Below, one piece after another: positions 46,877 through 58,405 of a DNA stretch of 64,000 nucleotides (its first letter is position 1; each line of letters begins with the position of its first letter). Source of the DNA: Salibacteraceae bacterium (lineage in GTDB: Bacteria > Bacteroidota > Bacteroidia > Flavobacteriales_G > Salibacteraceae). A model generated the notes under the pieces. That model saw only the letters and a program-made list of their open reading frames with translations, was not told the DNA's origin and made no database searches. The stretch spans positions 8,110 through 72,109 of the forward strand of contig CBFHWY010000004.1 of the NCBI GenBank assembly GCA_965659675.1, read 5' to 3'. The position numbers were made by a program, and so were the translations under genes.

Positions 46877-46932
46877 TTAACTGGTGATTATGGCCATTAT
46901 ATATCCCCTTGCAATAGAAGTGAAAAGATTGA

Positions 46933-48324
<1,392 letters not shown>

Positions 48325-48325
48325 A

Positions 48326-49135
48326 TCAAAGGCTGGCAATTGGAGCTCCAAGGCCTTCGTAGTCCTGGATCTCCATCTTTATTGACCCAACCAATACTTC
48401 TGCCTGGGCAAGGATAGGAACCTTGTTTTGATCACAGCTGATCCATACTTTAAGGTCTTCCTCGTCCTTGAATACTCTTCCCTTTTGAACTACAGGTACA
48501 AATTTGTAGCATCGGAACTTACCTGCTTCTACTTCAATGGTTTCTATGCCTAAGAATTTTACCTGGAATGGATATAATTCGTAATCCATGAAAGCGTCCA
48601 CATGATAAACATCCCCTCGTTTTGCTTTACTCATATCAATACTTCTCAAGTAGTAAAAACTAGACAATAGATCCTGAACGTTATCAGGTGTATTAAAGAC
48701 ACCTTTGTTTGTTTTAACCTCTTTTTTGTTGTGATCGAAGAAATAATCGCGGTTAATGATGAACCCACCCTCATTCACTCTTCGCACAAAAGCCTGTGGC
48801 AAGTAATCCTTTGGGTCTACAAAAGTTTCATATCGATCTCTTACTTTATAGAACCAGTCGAAAGCTCCAGTAGTCTTTCCGATACCTACCATATGTAATA
48901 AGCCGGGTTGGTCCACTGGTGCATTCTTGGCTTTTTTCACCTCCAGGGTTGCTATGCCGGCATCCAACCACCCATAATGAACACGGTATTCTAGCTTTTC
49001 ACCTACCTTGAATGCAGGTAAAACACTCATGTGCTCTGATGCTTTCTTAGGTTTATACTCCGGGCTGTAAAACTCTCGCTTACCTGCCGCAAAGCTTATC
49101 AATATAGCTGCAAAGAATATGATCGACTTTTTCAT
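48326..49135 (-). CDS. DUF3108-like secreted protein
   Basis: Signal peptide MKKSIIFFAAILISFAAG. LEYRVHYGWLDAGIATLEV resembles the DUF3108 N-terminal strand pattern; assignment from memory. Confidence 0.5.
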   Translation of the reverse strand: MKKSIIFFAAILISFAAGKREFYSPEYKPKKASEHMSVLPAFKVGEKLEYRVHYGWLDAGIATLEVKKAKNAPVDQPGLLHMVGIGKTTGAFDWFYKVRDRYETFVDPKDYLPQAFVRRVNEGGFIINRDYFFDHNKKEVKTNKGVFNTPDNVQDLLSSFYYLRSIDMSKAKRGDVYHVDAFMDYELYPFQVKFLGIETIEVEAGKFRCYKFVPVVQKGRVFKDEEDLKVWISCDQNKVPILAQAEVLVGSIKMEIQDYEGLGAPIASL

Positions 49136-49177
49136 AACAATCAGGTTTGACAATGTATAGCCAAACATTGTGCCATA

Positions 49178-51646
49178 CTATTCATCCACATAGCTTCGGC
49201 GCACCCTTCCAGAAACGGAGGTAAGTACCTCATAAGGGATGGTATCCATCTTTTTAGCAAACTCCATAACAGAAGTATTATTGCCGAAGATCTCTACCTC
49301 ATCACCCGCTTTTATCCTAAGGTTTGATACATCTACCATGCACATATCCATACACACATTGCCAACGATCGGACAAGGGTTTCCATTGATGAATAACTCC
49401 CCTTTTCCTCTACTCAAACTCCTTCTAAGGCCATCGGCATAGCCAACCGATACCGTGGCGATCGACATATCTCTGGATGCGGTCTCAGCGCGCGAATACC
49501 CAATCGGCTCATCTTTTCTAACCTTCTTTACTTGCAGCACCCTTGCCTTAAATACGGTAACCGCTTCAAGCCTTTTACTGATCTCAGGCTTTGAAGAAAC
49601 ACCATATAGTCCAATTCCAAGTCTTACCAGGTCGAACTGAAAATCTAAATAATTCTCGACTCCAGCTGTATTCAAAACATGCTTGATGCCTTTATAGCCT
49701 ATGGCCTCTTCAATGCTATTGGCTGCCTTTTTAAAGTTGTCGATCTGCTTCAAGCTAAAGGCTTTTGCCTCTGGGTCATCCGCGCTGGACAGATGAGTGA
49801 ATACTGATGCTATTTTTAGTTCTGATTGTTGTTTAAAGAAGTCCAGGACCTCATCAATCTGCTCCAGATCTATTCCAAGCCTGTGCATGCCCGTGTCAAT
49901 ATTCAGGTGAACTGGGAAAGGCAACAGCTCAGCCATGTGACTCCTACTTAAACTTGCATGAAAGTCCTGCAAGAGTTCCAGGCTGTAGATCTCAGGTTCC
50001 AACTGATGCTTTATCAAAGCTTCATAGCTACCTTTTTCAGGGTTCAGAACCAGTATCGGCAAACTCAGCCCCCTCTTTCTCAATAAAACAGCCTCATCAG
50101 TGAAGGCAACTGCCAAATAATCGACTCCTGACTCTTCGAGCTTTTTGGCCACTTCATAATCTCCCGTTCCATAACCAAAGGCCTTTACCATAGCCATAAC
50201 CCTGGTATTGGTGTTTAGCATTCCACGATAAACTTCAAGGTTGTGCTTTAGAGAGTGGAGTCGAATTTCCAATTCAGCTGAATGTGTCTTTTCCTGTAGG
50301 AGCTTGGCTACCTTCTCCAAATTGAATCTTCTCGCACCTTTGATCAATATTGCTTCATTTTTAAAGCGTCCAGTATTCAGCTCCTCTAAAAATACCTGAG
50401 TAGAAGGAAAGAACGCCTTGTTTTCGACCTTGAAAACACTTGAATTTGAGCTGATCGCATCCCCTATTCCGTATAAATGATCGATCCCCTTTTGGGCAAG
50501 CATGGAGGCGATCTCTGTGTAAAGCTTTGAATCCTCAAGTTCAGAGTCATCAAGGTCAGATAATATCACTGTCTTTTTTGAGAAGGCCGTTTGGTTCGCC
50601 AGCAGCTCGATCGCGTTACTTAGTGAATGTAGGTCAGAGCTATAACTATCATTAATGATGATCGTATTATTTGAGCCACGAAGCGTCTGCGAACGCATAC
50701 TCACTTCAGTGAGGTTCTGCCCTTTCTGGGCAAGCTTTTTCAGATCCAATTCGAGATAGGCAGCAAAACATAGGCAATGCATAAAGTTCTCTATGCTGGC
50801 CTCGTCTGAAAATGGAATATTAAACCGAAGTTCTGAACCTTCATGTACGATTTTGATATGCGCCTTTTCTGCGTACTTCTCTACTTCTTTCAGCTGAATA
50901 AAGGTCTTTTTATGCCTTGACCAGCTAAGGATGTTCTTGTTCGGATAAAGCGCGTTTAATCTTGAAAATACCAACTGATGATCTGCGCAGCAAAAGATCG
51001 CTTTGCTCTGCTCAAAGAGCTTTAATTTCTCATCGAGTTTTTGTTCTATCGATGTGAAATTAGCTGCATGTGCCTGACCGATATTGGTGATCATCCCATA
51101 TTCAGGTTGCACCAATTCCTCTAATTTCTTCATTTCTCCAGGTTGAGAAATGCCGCATTCCACGATTCCAAGATCAGCTTCTTTTCTGAATGACCAAAGA
51201 CTAAGTGGAACTCCGAGTTGCGAATTGTAGCTTCTGGGACTTCGCTGCAGCTGCAGTTGATCAGATAACAGCTGATGCAGCCACTCCTTCACTATGGTTT
51301 TTCCATTACTTCCAGTGATCGCTAGCAAAGGATAGGCAATTTGCTGCCTTTGATATGCCGCCAAAAATTGAAGAGCACTCATGCTTGATTCTACCCTGAG
51401 ATAGTGAGCATCCTCCTGGTATTCTTCAAGCTCCTTTTCTATAAGAAAGGCCCTTACGCCCTTGTTGTATAGCTGTTTAATGAATTGATGACCATCGTGA
51501 TTCTTTCCCTCAATGGCAACAAACAGACTTTGCTTTATTCGATATGCCTTTCTGCTATCTGTGAGTATGTCATTGATCTCGAGACCCGAGTTTGGGCCTC
51601 GGTACTTCGCCTGAAGAATGCTACTTATCTCCTGGATATCAAGCAT
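49178..51646 (-). CDS. Bifunctional UDP-N-acetylmuramoyl-tripeptide--D-alanyl-D-alanine ligase (MurF) / alanine racemase (Alr)
   Basis: N-terminal Mur ligase (ITGSNGKT) and a C-terminal Alr domain ([15 protein letters not shown]-lysine region, VSVGYADG). 822 aa. Confidence 0.9.
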   Translation of the reverse strand: MLDIQEISSILQAKYRGPNSGLEINDILTDSRKAYRIKQSLFVAIEGKNHDGHQFIKQLYNKGVRAFLIEKELEEYQEDAHYLRVESSMSALQFLAAYQRQQIAYPLLAITGSNGKTIVKEWLHQLLSDQLQLQRSPRSYNSQLGVPLSLWSFRKEADLGIVECGISQPGEMKKLEELVQPEYGMITNIGQAHAANFTSIEQKLDEKLKLFEQSKAIFCCADHQLVFSRLNALYPNKNILSWSRHKKTFIQLKEVEKYAEKAHIKIVHEGSELRFNIPFSDEASIENFMHCLCFAAYLELDLKKLAQKGQNLTEVSMRSQTLRGSNNTIIINDSYSSDLHSLSNAIELLANQTAFSKKTVILSDLDDSELEDSKLYTEIASMLAQKGIDHLYGIGDAISSNSSVFKVENKAFFPSTQVFLEELNTGRFKNEAILIKGARRFNLEKVAKLLQEKTHSAELEIRLHSLKHNLEVYRGMLNTNTRVMAMVKAFGYGTGDYEVAKKLEESGVDYLAVAFTDEAVLLRKRGLSLPILVLNPEKGSYEALIKHQLEPEIYSLELLQDFHASLSRSHMAELLPFPVHLNIDTGMHRLGIDLEQIDEVLDFFKQQSELKIASVFTHLSSADDPEAKAFSLKQIDNFKKAANSIEEAIGYKGIKHVLNTAGVENYLDFQFDLVRLGIGLYGVSSKPEISKRLEAVTVFKARVLQVKKVRKDEPIGYSRAETASRDMSIATVSVGYADGLRRSLSRGKGELFINGNPCPIVGNVCMDMCMVDVSNLRIKAGDEVEIFGNNTSVMEFAKKMDTIPYEVLTSVSGRVRRSYVDE

Positions 51647-52241
51647 CAGGCTTTTTATTAGCTTCTCTTTCCAATGCGTGATAGTAGGCTTGTCTGGAGA
51701 GGGGCTCGTAAAGCTCTTTTTCGCCTAGCTCAACCAATGCATCAGATTCAGTTTTTTTATGGGAGAAGCTCGCCAACTTTCCTGTTTTTACGCAGATCGC
51801 ATGAACTTTGGTTACATATTCAGCTATGGCGAGCATATTTGGCATTGGTCCAAAAGGCCTCCCTTGATAATCCATATCAAGACCAGCAACGATCACACGT
51901 ACCCCATTATTTGCAAGCTGGTTACAAACATTTGGCAGGTTGTCATCAAAGAATTGTGCCTCATCAATGCCCACCACCTCTACTTCATTGGCAAGGATCA
52001 AAATGTTTGATGAGCTTTCTACGGGTGTTGAACGAATAGTGTTCTCATCATGTGAAACAACCGCCTCTTCATCATAACGGGTCTCGATCAAGGGTTTGAA
52101 GATCTCTACTTTTTGTTTAGCAAATTCTGCCCTCCGAAGTCTGCGAATAAGCTCCTCTGTTTTCCCGCTGAACATGCAGCCGCAGATGACCTCGATCCAT
52201 CCTTCTCCTTTCTCCCGTATCGCCTTCTTTTCCAAAAACAT
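51639..52241 (-). CDS. tdk: Thymidine kinase
   Basis: [15 protein letters not shown]-loop. No CxxC zinc knuckle seen in the C-terminal region ([11 protein letters not shown]). 200 aa. Confidence 0.92.
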   Translation of the reverse strand: MFLEKKAIREKGEGWIEVICGCMFSGKTEELIRRLRRAEFAKQKVEIFKPLIETRYDEEAVVSHDENTIRSTPVESSSNILILANEVEVVGIDEAQFFDDNLPNVCNQLANNGVRVIVAGLDMDYQGRPFGPMPNMLAIAEYVTKVHAICVKTGKLASFSHKKTESDALVELGEKELYEPLSRQAYYHALEREANKKPDA

Positions 52242-52263
52242 TCCCCTGCGGCCTTGTACTTAA

Positions 52264-52271
52264 CAAATCTA
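52264..52271 (-). promoter_or_regulatory. -7 box TAGATTTG upstream of tdk-murF/alr operon
   Basis: Exact TAnnTTTG on the minus strand, 22 nt from ATG 52241. Confidence 0.4.
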
Positions 52272-52273
52272 AA

Positions 52274-52281
52274 TAAATTTG
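52274..52281 (+). promoter_or_regulatory. -7 box TAAATTTG upstream of the acidic protein / rsmI genes
   Basis: Exact match 25 nt before TTG 52307, back-to-back with the tdk box 2 nt away. Confidence 0.4.
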
Positions 52282-52306
52282 CTCCAGGCCTAAGGATATA
52301 GAAAGC

Positions 52307-53029
52307 TTGGAAGCAGAACGATCGAACATTATTGAAAAGTGCAAAGCACGCTTGATTGAGTTGAGCGAAATCCGCTCTAGAATTAACTTTGAAGAGCTCA
52401 ATGATATTGAACTCCTAAGAAATCACCTGAAGGATCTGGATGATCAACTCGTGATCCTTAAACACCTCATTGAGCACAAACAATCCACTTTGGTCGAGAG
52501 TGAGGTCAAAGCTTATGTTGAGGAATCTGAAAGAGAACTCGAGAACCTGGCGGAAGAAAAGGAAGAAGAAGCTGATTTCTCAGATGACAATGATGAAGAC
52601 CCTGTTGACCCGATTGACTCTTCAGACGAAGAGGAAGCTGTTGAGGACATAAGCTCCCCAGATGAGATTGATGAAGAAGATCTTAAAGATCAGGAATTGG
52701 CCCTTGGTATTTCCGGAAGTAGCATCCATGAGTCTCATGAAAACGAAAATGACAAGTCGCTGGCAAAAAAGTTGGAACTGCAACCAATTGAAGACTTAAG
52801 GAAAGCCATTGGTCTCAACGAGCGCTTCTACTATGCTAATGAGCTCTTTCAGGGAGATGGAAAAGAATACACAAGAGCCATTGAAGAGTTTAATCACCTG
52901 AGCTCGCTCGAAGATGCACAGCGTTTAATTGAAGCCAAGTACTTTGAAAAGTACCACTGGGATCAGCATCCTGAAGCGGAGGAAAGTCTCAAGCTGCTTC
53001 TGCAACGTCGATATTTGAAGCAAGGATAA
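52307..53029 (+). CDS. Highly acidic hypothetical protein
   Basis: TTG start. N-terminal coiled coil, a central Asp/Glu-rich low-complexity region and an ordered C-terminal domain. ATGA-type junction with rsmI. Confidence 0.55.
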   Translation: MEAERSNIIEKCKARLIELSEIRSRINFEELNDIELLRNHLKDLDDQLVILKHLIEHKQSTLVESEVKAYVEESERELENLAEEKEEEADFSDDNDEDPVDPIDSSDEEEAVEDISSPDEIDEEDLKDQELALGISGSSIHESHENENDKSLAKKLELQPIEDLRKAIGLNERFYYANELFQGDGKEYTRAIEEFNHLSSLEDAQRLIEAKYFEKYHWDQHPEAEESLKLLLQRRYLKQG

Positions 53030-53703
53030 TGGGACACCTGATCCTTGTTCCAAGTCCAATTGGCAATCTTTCAGATATTAGTCAACGCGCGCTCGACACC
53101 TTAAGGGAAAGCGAGCTCATATTGTGCGAGGATACGAGGCACACTAAAAAATTACTCCAACATTTCGATATTGATGTTGCGCTGAGGTCATTTCATATGC
53201 ACAATGAGCATAGCGTTTTAGACAAAACCCTGAGCTCCATCAGAGAATTAACCCAAGTATCCCTGGTTTCGGATGCAGGCACACCAGGCATTTCTGACCC
53301 TGGATTTCTTCTTGTAAGAGCCTGTATTGAGCGAGGTATAGAGGTATTAAGTCTACCGGGACCCAGTGCTTTCTTACCTGCCCTTGTGGTGTCTGGTTTG
53401 CCTTGCGATAGATTTTGTTTTGAGGGCTTTCTCCCGCATAAAAAAGGTAGGCAGAGCAGGCTTAAAGAGCTTTCTACGGAAACGCGCACCATGGTGTTTT
53501 ACGAGTCTCCACACAGGTTGCTAAAAAGTCTCACTCAGTTCGCCGAGCACTTAGGGGAAGATCGAAAGGCAAGTGTGAGCAGAGAGATCACGAAGATCCA
53601 CGAAGAGCATATTCGAGGAAGTCTGGCAGAATTGATTCAACACTTCGAAAAGGAAAAGCCGAGAGGTGAGTTTGTCATTGTGCTTTCGGGGAAACTCAAT
53701 TAA
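53029..53703 (+). CDS. rsmI: 16S rRNA (cytidine1402-2'-O)-methyltransferase
   Basis: LILVPSPIGNLSDIS; CEDTRHT; DAGTPGISDPG; FYESPHR. Confidence 0.9.
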   Translation: MGHLILVPSPIGNLSDISQRALDTLRESELILCEDTRHTKKLLQHFDIDVALRSFHMHNEHSVLDKTLSSIRELTQVSLVSDAGTPGISDPGFLLVRACIERGIEVLSLPGPSAFLPALVVSGLPCDRFCFEGFLPHKKGRQSRLKELSTETRTMVFYESPHRLLKSLTQFAEHLGEDRKASVSREITKIHEEHIRGSLAELIQHFEKEKPRGEFVIVLSGKLN

Positions 53704-54046
53704 GCCCCTTGATCAACACCCCGTCCAATTGTTTCTTCACCAATACCTCCCTTGGGCTTTCATCCCATTCCTCAAAAATGACCTTGCACTCTGTCGGGCT
53801 AGCCCATTCAAAACTCACTGTTTCATCGGACACATCACTGCTGAACACCTCAAATTGTGATTCGATCTGTTTAGAAGCATACTCCACTGTCATTGTCAAA
53901 TGAGCAGGTTCGGCCGTCATCCCTGAACCAGTGATCTCAATTTTCATTTCTTCTTCTGGTCCCTGGCTGACGATCGGTCCAAATTCCGTGGTACATGAGC
54001 TAAGATTAAGCGCAATGGCTGTGAGCAAAATGACAACAATTCTCAT
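53696..54046 (-). CDS. Small lipoprotein, unknown function
   Basis: Lipobox LNLSSC, 116 aa, directly downstream of asd. Confidence 0.5.
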   Translation of the reverse strand: MRIVVILLTAIALNLSSCTTEFGPIVSQGPEEEMKIEITGSGMTAEPAHLTMTVEYASKQIESQFEVFSSDVSDETVSFEWASPTECKVIFEEWDESPREVLVKKQLDGVLIKGLN

Positions 54047-55048
54047 CTATCTATTTTTCACAAAATAGCCTTTTTCGATCAGAAGCTCTACAATTTGAAC
54101 AGCGTTGGTAGCAGCACCCTTTCTCAAGTTGTCACTTACCACCCACATATTGAGTGCATTGTCGGCAGAATCATCTCTTCTGACCCTTCCAACAAAAACA
54201 TCGTCTTTGCCTTCGGCATAGATCGGCATAGGATACTGGTTCATTTCAGGGTTGTCTACCAAACTTAGCCCTCCAAATTCAGCAAGTGCTCTTTTCACTG
54301 CGGAAACATCAAATTCCTTTTCTGTCTGAACATTGACCGATTCCGAGTGGCCACCCACAACAGGCACCCTTACGGCTGTGGCTGTGATTCGGAGGTCTGG
54401 TAGCTTGAGTATCTTCTGGCTTTCATTGACCAGCTTCATCTCCTCTTTGGTATAGTCGTTGTCAAGGAAAACATCACAATGAGGCAGGCAATTCTTATCG
54501 ATCTGATATGGATAGGCCATTTCTCCTTTTTTAGCATTTCTTTCATTTTCGAGCTGACGTACGGCTTTAACTCCAGTACCTGTAATACTTTGATATGTGG
54601 AAATCACAACCCGTTTTAGTCCATATTTCTCCTGAATGGGTTTTAAAGCCATCAGTAGCTGAATGGTTGAGCAATTCGGATTTGCAATGATCATGTCTTT
54701 TTCAGTCAATTGATCTCCATTGATCTCAGGTACCACCAGGCTAATATCATTGTGCATCCTCCAGGCTGAAGAATTGTCGATCACCCTGCAGGAAATGTCA
54801 ACAAATTTGGGCGCCCATTCTAGCGAAACATCTGAACCCGAAGAGAATAAGGCAAGGTCAGGCTTCATTGCCAACGCCTCTTCTACACCGAGTAGTTTGA
54901 GTTTCTTCCCCTTGAAAGCAATCATCTTACCAGCGGATCTTGATGAGGCCACTGGTAAAAGCTCCGTGAGGGGAATAGCTCGCTCCTCAAGTAACTTCAT
55001 CATCACCTGGCCAACCATTCCTGTGGCTCCTACTACTGCAATTTTCAT
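54047..55048 (-). CDS. asd: Aspartate-semialdehyde dehydrogenase
   Basis: MKIAVVGATGMVGQ; NPNCSTIQL active-site Cys. ATG 55048; ORF-track extension trimmed. Confidence 0.93.
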   Translation of the reverse strand: MKIAVVGATGMVGQVMMKLLEERAIPLTELLPVASSRSAGKMIAFKGKKLKLLGVEEALAMKPDLALFSSGSDVSLEWAPKFVDISCRVIDNSSAWRMHNDISLVVPEINGDQLTEKDMIIANPNCSTIQLLMALKPIQEKYGLKRVVISTYQSITGTGVKAVRQLENERNAKKGEMAYPYQIDKNCLPHCDVFLDNDYTKEEMKLVNESQKILKLPDLRITATAVRVPVVGGHSESVNVQTEKEFDVSAVKRALAEFGGLSLVDNPEMNQYPMPIYAEGKDDVFVGRVRRDDSADNALNMWVVSDNLRKGAATNAVQIVELLIEKGYFVKNR

Positions 55049-55064
55049 GTCTTGATTTATGGTG

Positions 55065-55072
55065 CAAAGGTA
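55065..55072 (-). promoter_or_regulatory. -7 box TACCTTTG upstream of asd
   Basis: Exact TAnnTTTG on the minus strand, 16 nt from ATG 55048, with a TTG 18 nt upstream. Confidence 0.45.
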
Positions 55073-55116
55073 GCAAAGCCCAATGCAAATCAAGCAGATG
55101 ATGCATCTTTGAAGCC

Positions 55117-56427
55117 ATGCAGAAGCAATTTGAGCATTACCTTCAATCGGAGTGCCTACTGAAAGGCTCAGAAAAATTGCTGCTTGGGCTCAGTGGAGGC
55201 CCAGATTCAATGCTAAGCCTCGATCTTTTGCAAAAAGCGAACTATTATGTTGAAGTTGCCCATTGTAACTTCCAACTGCGCGGAGAAGAGTCTGAAAATG
55301 ATGCAGCCTTTGTTGAAGCCCATTGCCGTGAAAATAATATCGTTTTTCACGGAAAGCGGTTTGATGTCTCCAGAGAAAAAGGCTCCACTCAAATGCAGGC
55401 TCGCTCATTAAGGCATGAATGGTTTGAGCAATTGAGGCAAAAAAGAAATCTTGACCTCATCGTCTTAGGATCTCATCTGGATGATCGATTTGAAACCGCT
55501 TTGATCAACTTATTACGAGGAACTGGTCCGGCCGGCATTCGAAATATGCAAGGATTATCTGGGAAAGTCATTCGGCCATTATTAAAGTTTGACAAAGCTG
55601 AAATACTCCATGAAATTCAGGAAAGGAAAATTCCGTTTCGTGAAGACTCCAGCAACCGGAAAACAGAATACCTGAGAAATTATCTCCGAATCGAGATCAT
55701 TCCCAGGCTCAAAGAACTGAACCCTTCTCTGCTAAAAACCTATGAACGCAGTGCAAACATTATGGCTCAACATGAGTCGCTTAGCCATGATATTTGTAAA
55801 CGCTTCCTTGAGGAGCAGCTAGTCAAAGACGAGTCTTATGTTGCCTTGCCTAAGAATAGTTTAAAATCCTTTTCCGCCCCTCTGCTAGTAATGCTCCACT
55901 GGCTAAAGCCCTTTGGTTTTAATCAGGAGCAGCTCAGTGATCTATTACAGGGTATTGATGAAAGTGAATCCAGGGAATTCCAAACTGAAGGCTATCGCTT
56001 GAGTGTTGATCGTAAAATGATATCACTTTTTGAGTCTGATTCGATCGATCAAAAAAAGGACTTGGCTGAGAAACTTCCTTTCCGGTCAAAGGCCTTTGGG
56101 ATAAGCCTTGAAAAAGGCACTCTTCCGGTAGACCTGAAAGCAGAGGAAGTTGATTTCATTGACCTGGACAAACTTCGTTTTCCTTTGACACTCAGAAACT
56201 GGGAATACGGAGATCGTATTCAACCATTGGGAATGCAGGGAACAAAAAAACTCAGCGATATAATCACCGATAAAAAGCTCTCTGCGATACAGAAAAACAA
56301 TCTCTGTGTGTTGGAAAGTGGAGACGAGATCGTATGTGTAGCTCGCCTTGTGATCTCAGAGCAATACAAGGTGAATGAAAACACCCGCTCAGTGTTGGCC
56401 ATCAAACGCGACCCAACTGCTTCTTGA
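55117..56427 (+). CDS. tilS: tRNA(Ile)-lysidine synthetase
   Basis: LLGLSGGPDS PP-loop and a TilS C-terminal domain. Confidence 0.88.
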   Translation: MQKQFEHYLQSECLLKGSEKLLLGLSGGPDSMLSLDLLQKANYYVEVAHCNFQLRGEESENDAAFVEAHCRENNIVFHGKRFDVSREKGSTQMQARSLRHEWFEQLRQKRNLDLIVLGSHLDDRFETALINLLRGTGPAGIRNMQGLSGKVIRPLLKFDKAEILHEIQERKIPFREDSSNRKTEYLRNYLRIEIIPRLKELNPSLLKTYERSANIMAQHESLSHDICKRFLEEQLVKDESYVALPKNSLKSFSAPLLVMLHWLKPFGFNQEQLSDLLQGIDESESREFQTEGYRLSVDRKMISLFESDSIDQKKDLAEKLPFRSKAFGISLEKGTLPVDLKAEEVDFIDLDKLRFPLTLRNWEYGDRIQPLGMQGTKKLSDIITDKKLSAIQKNNLCVLESGDEIVCVARLVISEQYKVNENTRSVLAIKRDPTAS

Positions 56428-56917
56428 ACATTCTGAGTTGTTCGTCGAGCAATCCGGCCTTATCTAACTTCTTAGCTTGATTCATGTAGTTGATCGCCTC
56501 TCTTTTGCGACGCTTCGACATGGCAATTCCAGCTAAATTAAGATTAGCCAGCGCCTGATCTTGTTTCATCCTCAAACCTTTGGATAGCGCTTTTTTAAAT
56601 AAGGTTTCCGACTTTCCAATGGCTCCTGCCTGCGACTCTGTCAAGCCCATTAGAAAGTAATAATAGGCCTCCTGTCCTTTTGGTAATTGATTGGGGTGCT
56701 TGATCTTTTGTAAGATAGCCTTCGCTTTGTCAACCCTGTTCTTACGGATCTGCCAAAAGGCCCAAAGGATGAGTTCATGACGGAAAAGGAGAAAAATAGG
56801 AACGGCAGTAAGGATATTGATGAATATCCCATTCCCAACGTTTCCTTCAGTATATTGCCATACGGCCCATGCGATCATGATAATGATGATGGCAAACTTG
56901 ATAATCCTATTCAGCAT
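56402..56917 (-). CDS. Membrane-anchored protein with TPR-like C-terminal region
   Basis: Start moved to the ATG at 56917 (MLNRIIKF...) because a -7 box sits 18 nt upstream inside the longer ORF. Two TM segments. Confidence 0.5.
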   Translation of the reverse strand: MLNRIIKFAIIIIMIAWAVWQYTEGNVGNGIFINILTAVPIFLLFRHELILWAFWQIRKNRVDKAKAILQKIKHPNQLPKGQEAYYYFLMGLTESQAGAIGKSETLFKKALSKGLRMKQDQALANLNLAGIAMSKRRKREAINYMNQAKKLDKAGLLDEQLRMFKKQLGRV

Positions 56918-56935
56918 ATTGTGGAAATTGGGCGA

Positions 56936-56943
56936 CAAAAGTA
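56936..56943 (-). promoter_or_regulatory. -7 box TACTTTTG upstream of the 56917 gene
   Basis: Exact TAnnTTTG on the minus strand, 18 nt from ATG 56917. Confidence 0.4.
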
Positions 56944-56994
56944 AGTGAATTTTCGCCTTTAGAAAGTTCATATTTTAGGCTTCTACTCAGTAGC

Positions 56995-57002
56995 TATCTT
57001 TG
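56995..57002 (+). promoter_or_regulatory. -7 box TATCTTTG 4 nt upstream of GTG 57007
   Basis: TATCTTTG-CGTT-GTG. Confidence 0.3.
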
Positions 57003-57006
57003 CGTT

Positions 57007-57654
57007 GTGAGGTATTTCACTCTATTGGTCATTCTCTTTTGTTTCCAGGCGGTCAAATCCCAGGATAAGATCCACATGCGAAGTGGTGAGATCATTAAGG
57101 CAGTTGTTTTGGATGTAGGAACTGAAAAGATCCGCTACAAGAAATACAGCAATCTGGAAGGGCCAAATTATTTCCTGGAGAAGTATGAGGTCAATAAGAT
57201 CGTTTACGAGAATGGCGCTGAAGACTATTTTGACGAGATAAAAGCGCCAAATGAACGGCGAATAGGAATCGGGGTGAATTGGCTCAATTCGATCTTTGAG
57301 AACAATCTTGCCGATCCATACTCAGGTGGCGCGCTTGAAATTAGCTATTTCATCCTTCCGAAACTGGCCATAGAAGCAGGGGCAGGTAGTGGAAGCGAGG
57401 GTTTCTTTTTATGGGCAGGAGGAAATATCATGTTTCGCGATACTCGAACCGAGAAACTTATTCCCTACGCTGGTTTTGCTGTAGTAAGCACTCAACTATA
57501 CACAGCTTTATACCCCGGCTTCAATATTCCCCTTGGACTAGAGTTCATTCACCACAAATCTGGAATAAACGCTGGTGCTGAATTAAGCTATTTGAATATT
57601 CTAAATGATGTCGGATATTTGCGTGCGACGATCAAACTAGGCTATCGTTTCTAA
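57007..57654 (+). CDS. Putative outer-membrane protein, paralog A (shared N-terminal domain of about 55 aa)
   Basis: Signal peptide ...AVKS/QDK; Gly/aromatic-rich C-terminal half ending in RF; GTG start. Confidence 0.55.
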   Translation: MRYFTLLVILFCFQAVKSQDKIHMRSGEIIKAVVLDVGTEKIRYKKYSNLEGPNYFLEKYEVNKIVYENGAEDYFDEIKAPNERRIGIGVNWLNSIFENNLADPYSGGALEISYFILPKLAIEAGAGSGSEGFFLWAGGNIMFRDTRTEKLIPYAGFAVVSTQLYTALYPGFNIPLGLEFIHHKSGINAGAELSYLNILNDVGYLRATIKLGYRF

Positions 57655-57655
57655 A

Positions 57656-58405
57656 ATGAAAAACCTCATCTACATTATCCTGTGTTGTCTGCCGTTCTTG
57701 TCTTTTGGTCAGGACAAGGTCTATTTCACCGACGGAACTGTTCTCAAGGCCAAAGTAAGCTTGATCGATCTTCAGGAAATTCGATTTAAGAAGTACAATA
57801 ATCTTCAGGGGCCCGATTATGTGTTAAAGAAGTACCGCATCAAGCGTATTGAATACGAAAATGGAACGATCGACTACTTTGAAGAAACACCGCCTGATAC
57901 AGCAAAAACCGAAGATGGGTATCAGGATGAATACTACACCGATAATCATTATGAAGTAGCGAACAAAGAACCAGAAGAGCCTAATGTGAGGATTCGTGAA
58001 CCCAATGGAATGTCGGTCGTATTGCTCGGCCCAACCCTTATTGGGGCTGGACAGTATGACGTATTCGTAACCCCTAACCTGAATATAGAAGTTGGTCTTG
58101 GCTTAGTTGGCATTTATGGCGGCATAAGCTATCACTTTGACGGGAAGAATCCAGCCAGGCGCTCTACCCCGTTCATTGGCTTACGTGGAACACTGGGTTT
58201 GATCGCTGCAAATTCCATCGATTTTGGGCCTAATTTTGGAAGAGGCGTAATGCTTCCTTTCGGTTTCGACATCAACACCAAAAGTGGTTTTTATCTACGC
58301 CCTGAGATATCAGTATGGTATACCTACTCCACGGACAACTGGATGTGGGTGCCACGCCATGCCGTGAGACCCTGGTTTGGGGTGCCAATCGGCTGGAGGT
58401 TTTGA
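57656..58405 (+). CDS. Putative outer-membrane protein, paralog B
   Basis: Signal peptide ...LSFG/QDK; N-domain alignable to paralog A; ends in WRF. Confidence 0.55.
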   Translation: MKNLIYIILCCLPFLSFGQDKVYFTDGTVLKAKVSLIDLQEIRFKKYNNLQGPDYVLKKYRIKRIEYENGTIDYFEETPPDTAKTEDGYQDEYYTDNHYEVANKEPEEPNVRIREPNGMSVVLLGPTLIGAGQYDVFVTPNLNIEVGLGLVGIYGGISYHFDGKNPARRSTPFIGLRGTLGLIAANSIDFGPNFGRGVMLPFGFDINTKSGFYLRPEISVWYTYSTDNWMWVPRHAVRPWFGVPIGWRF

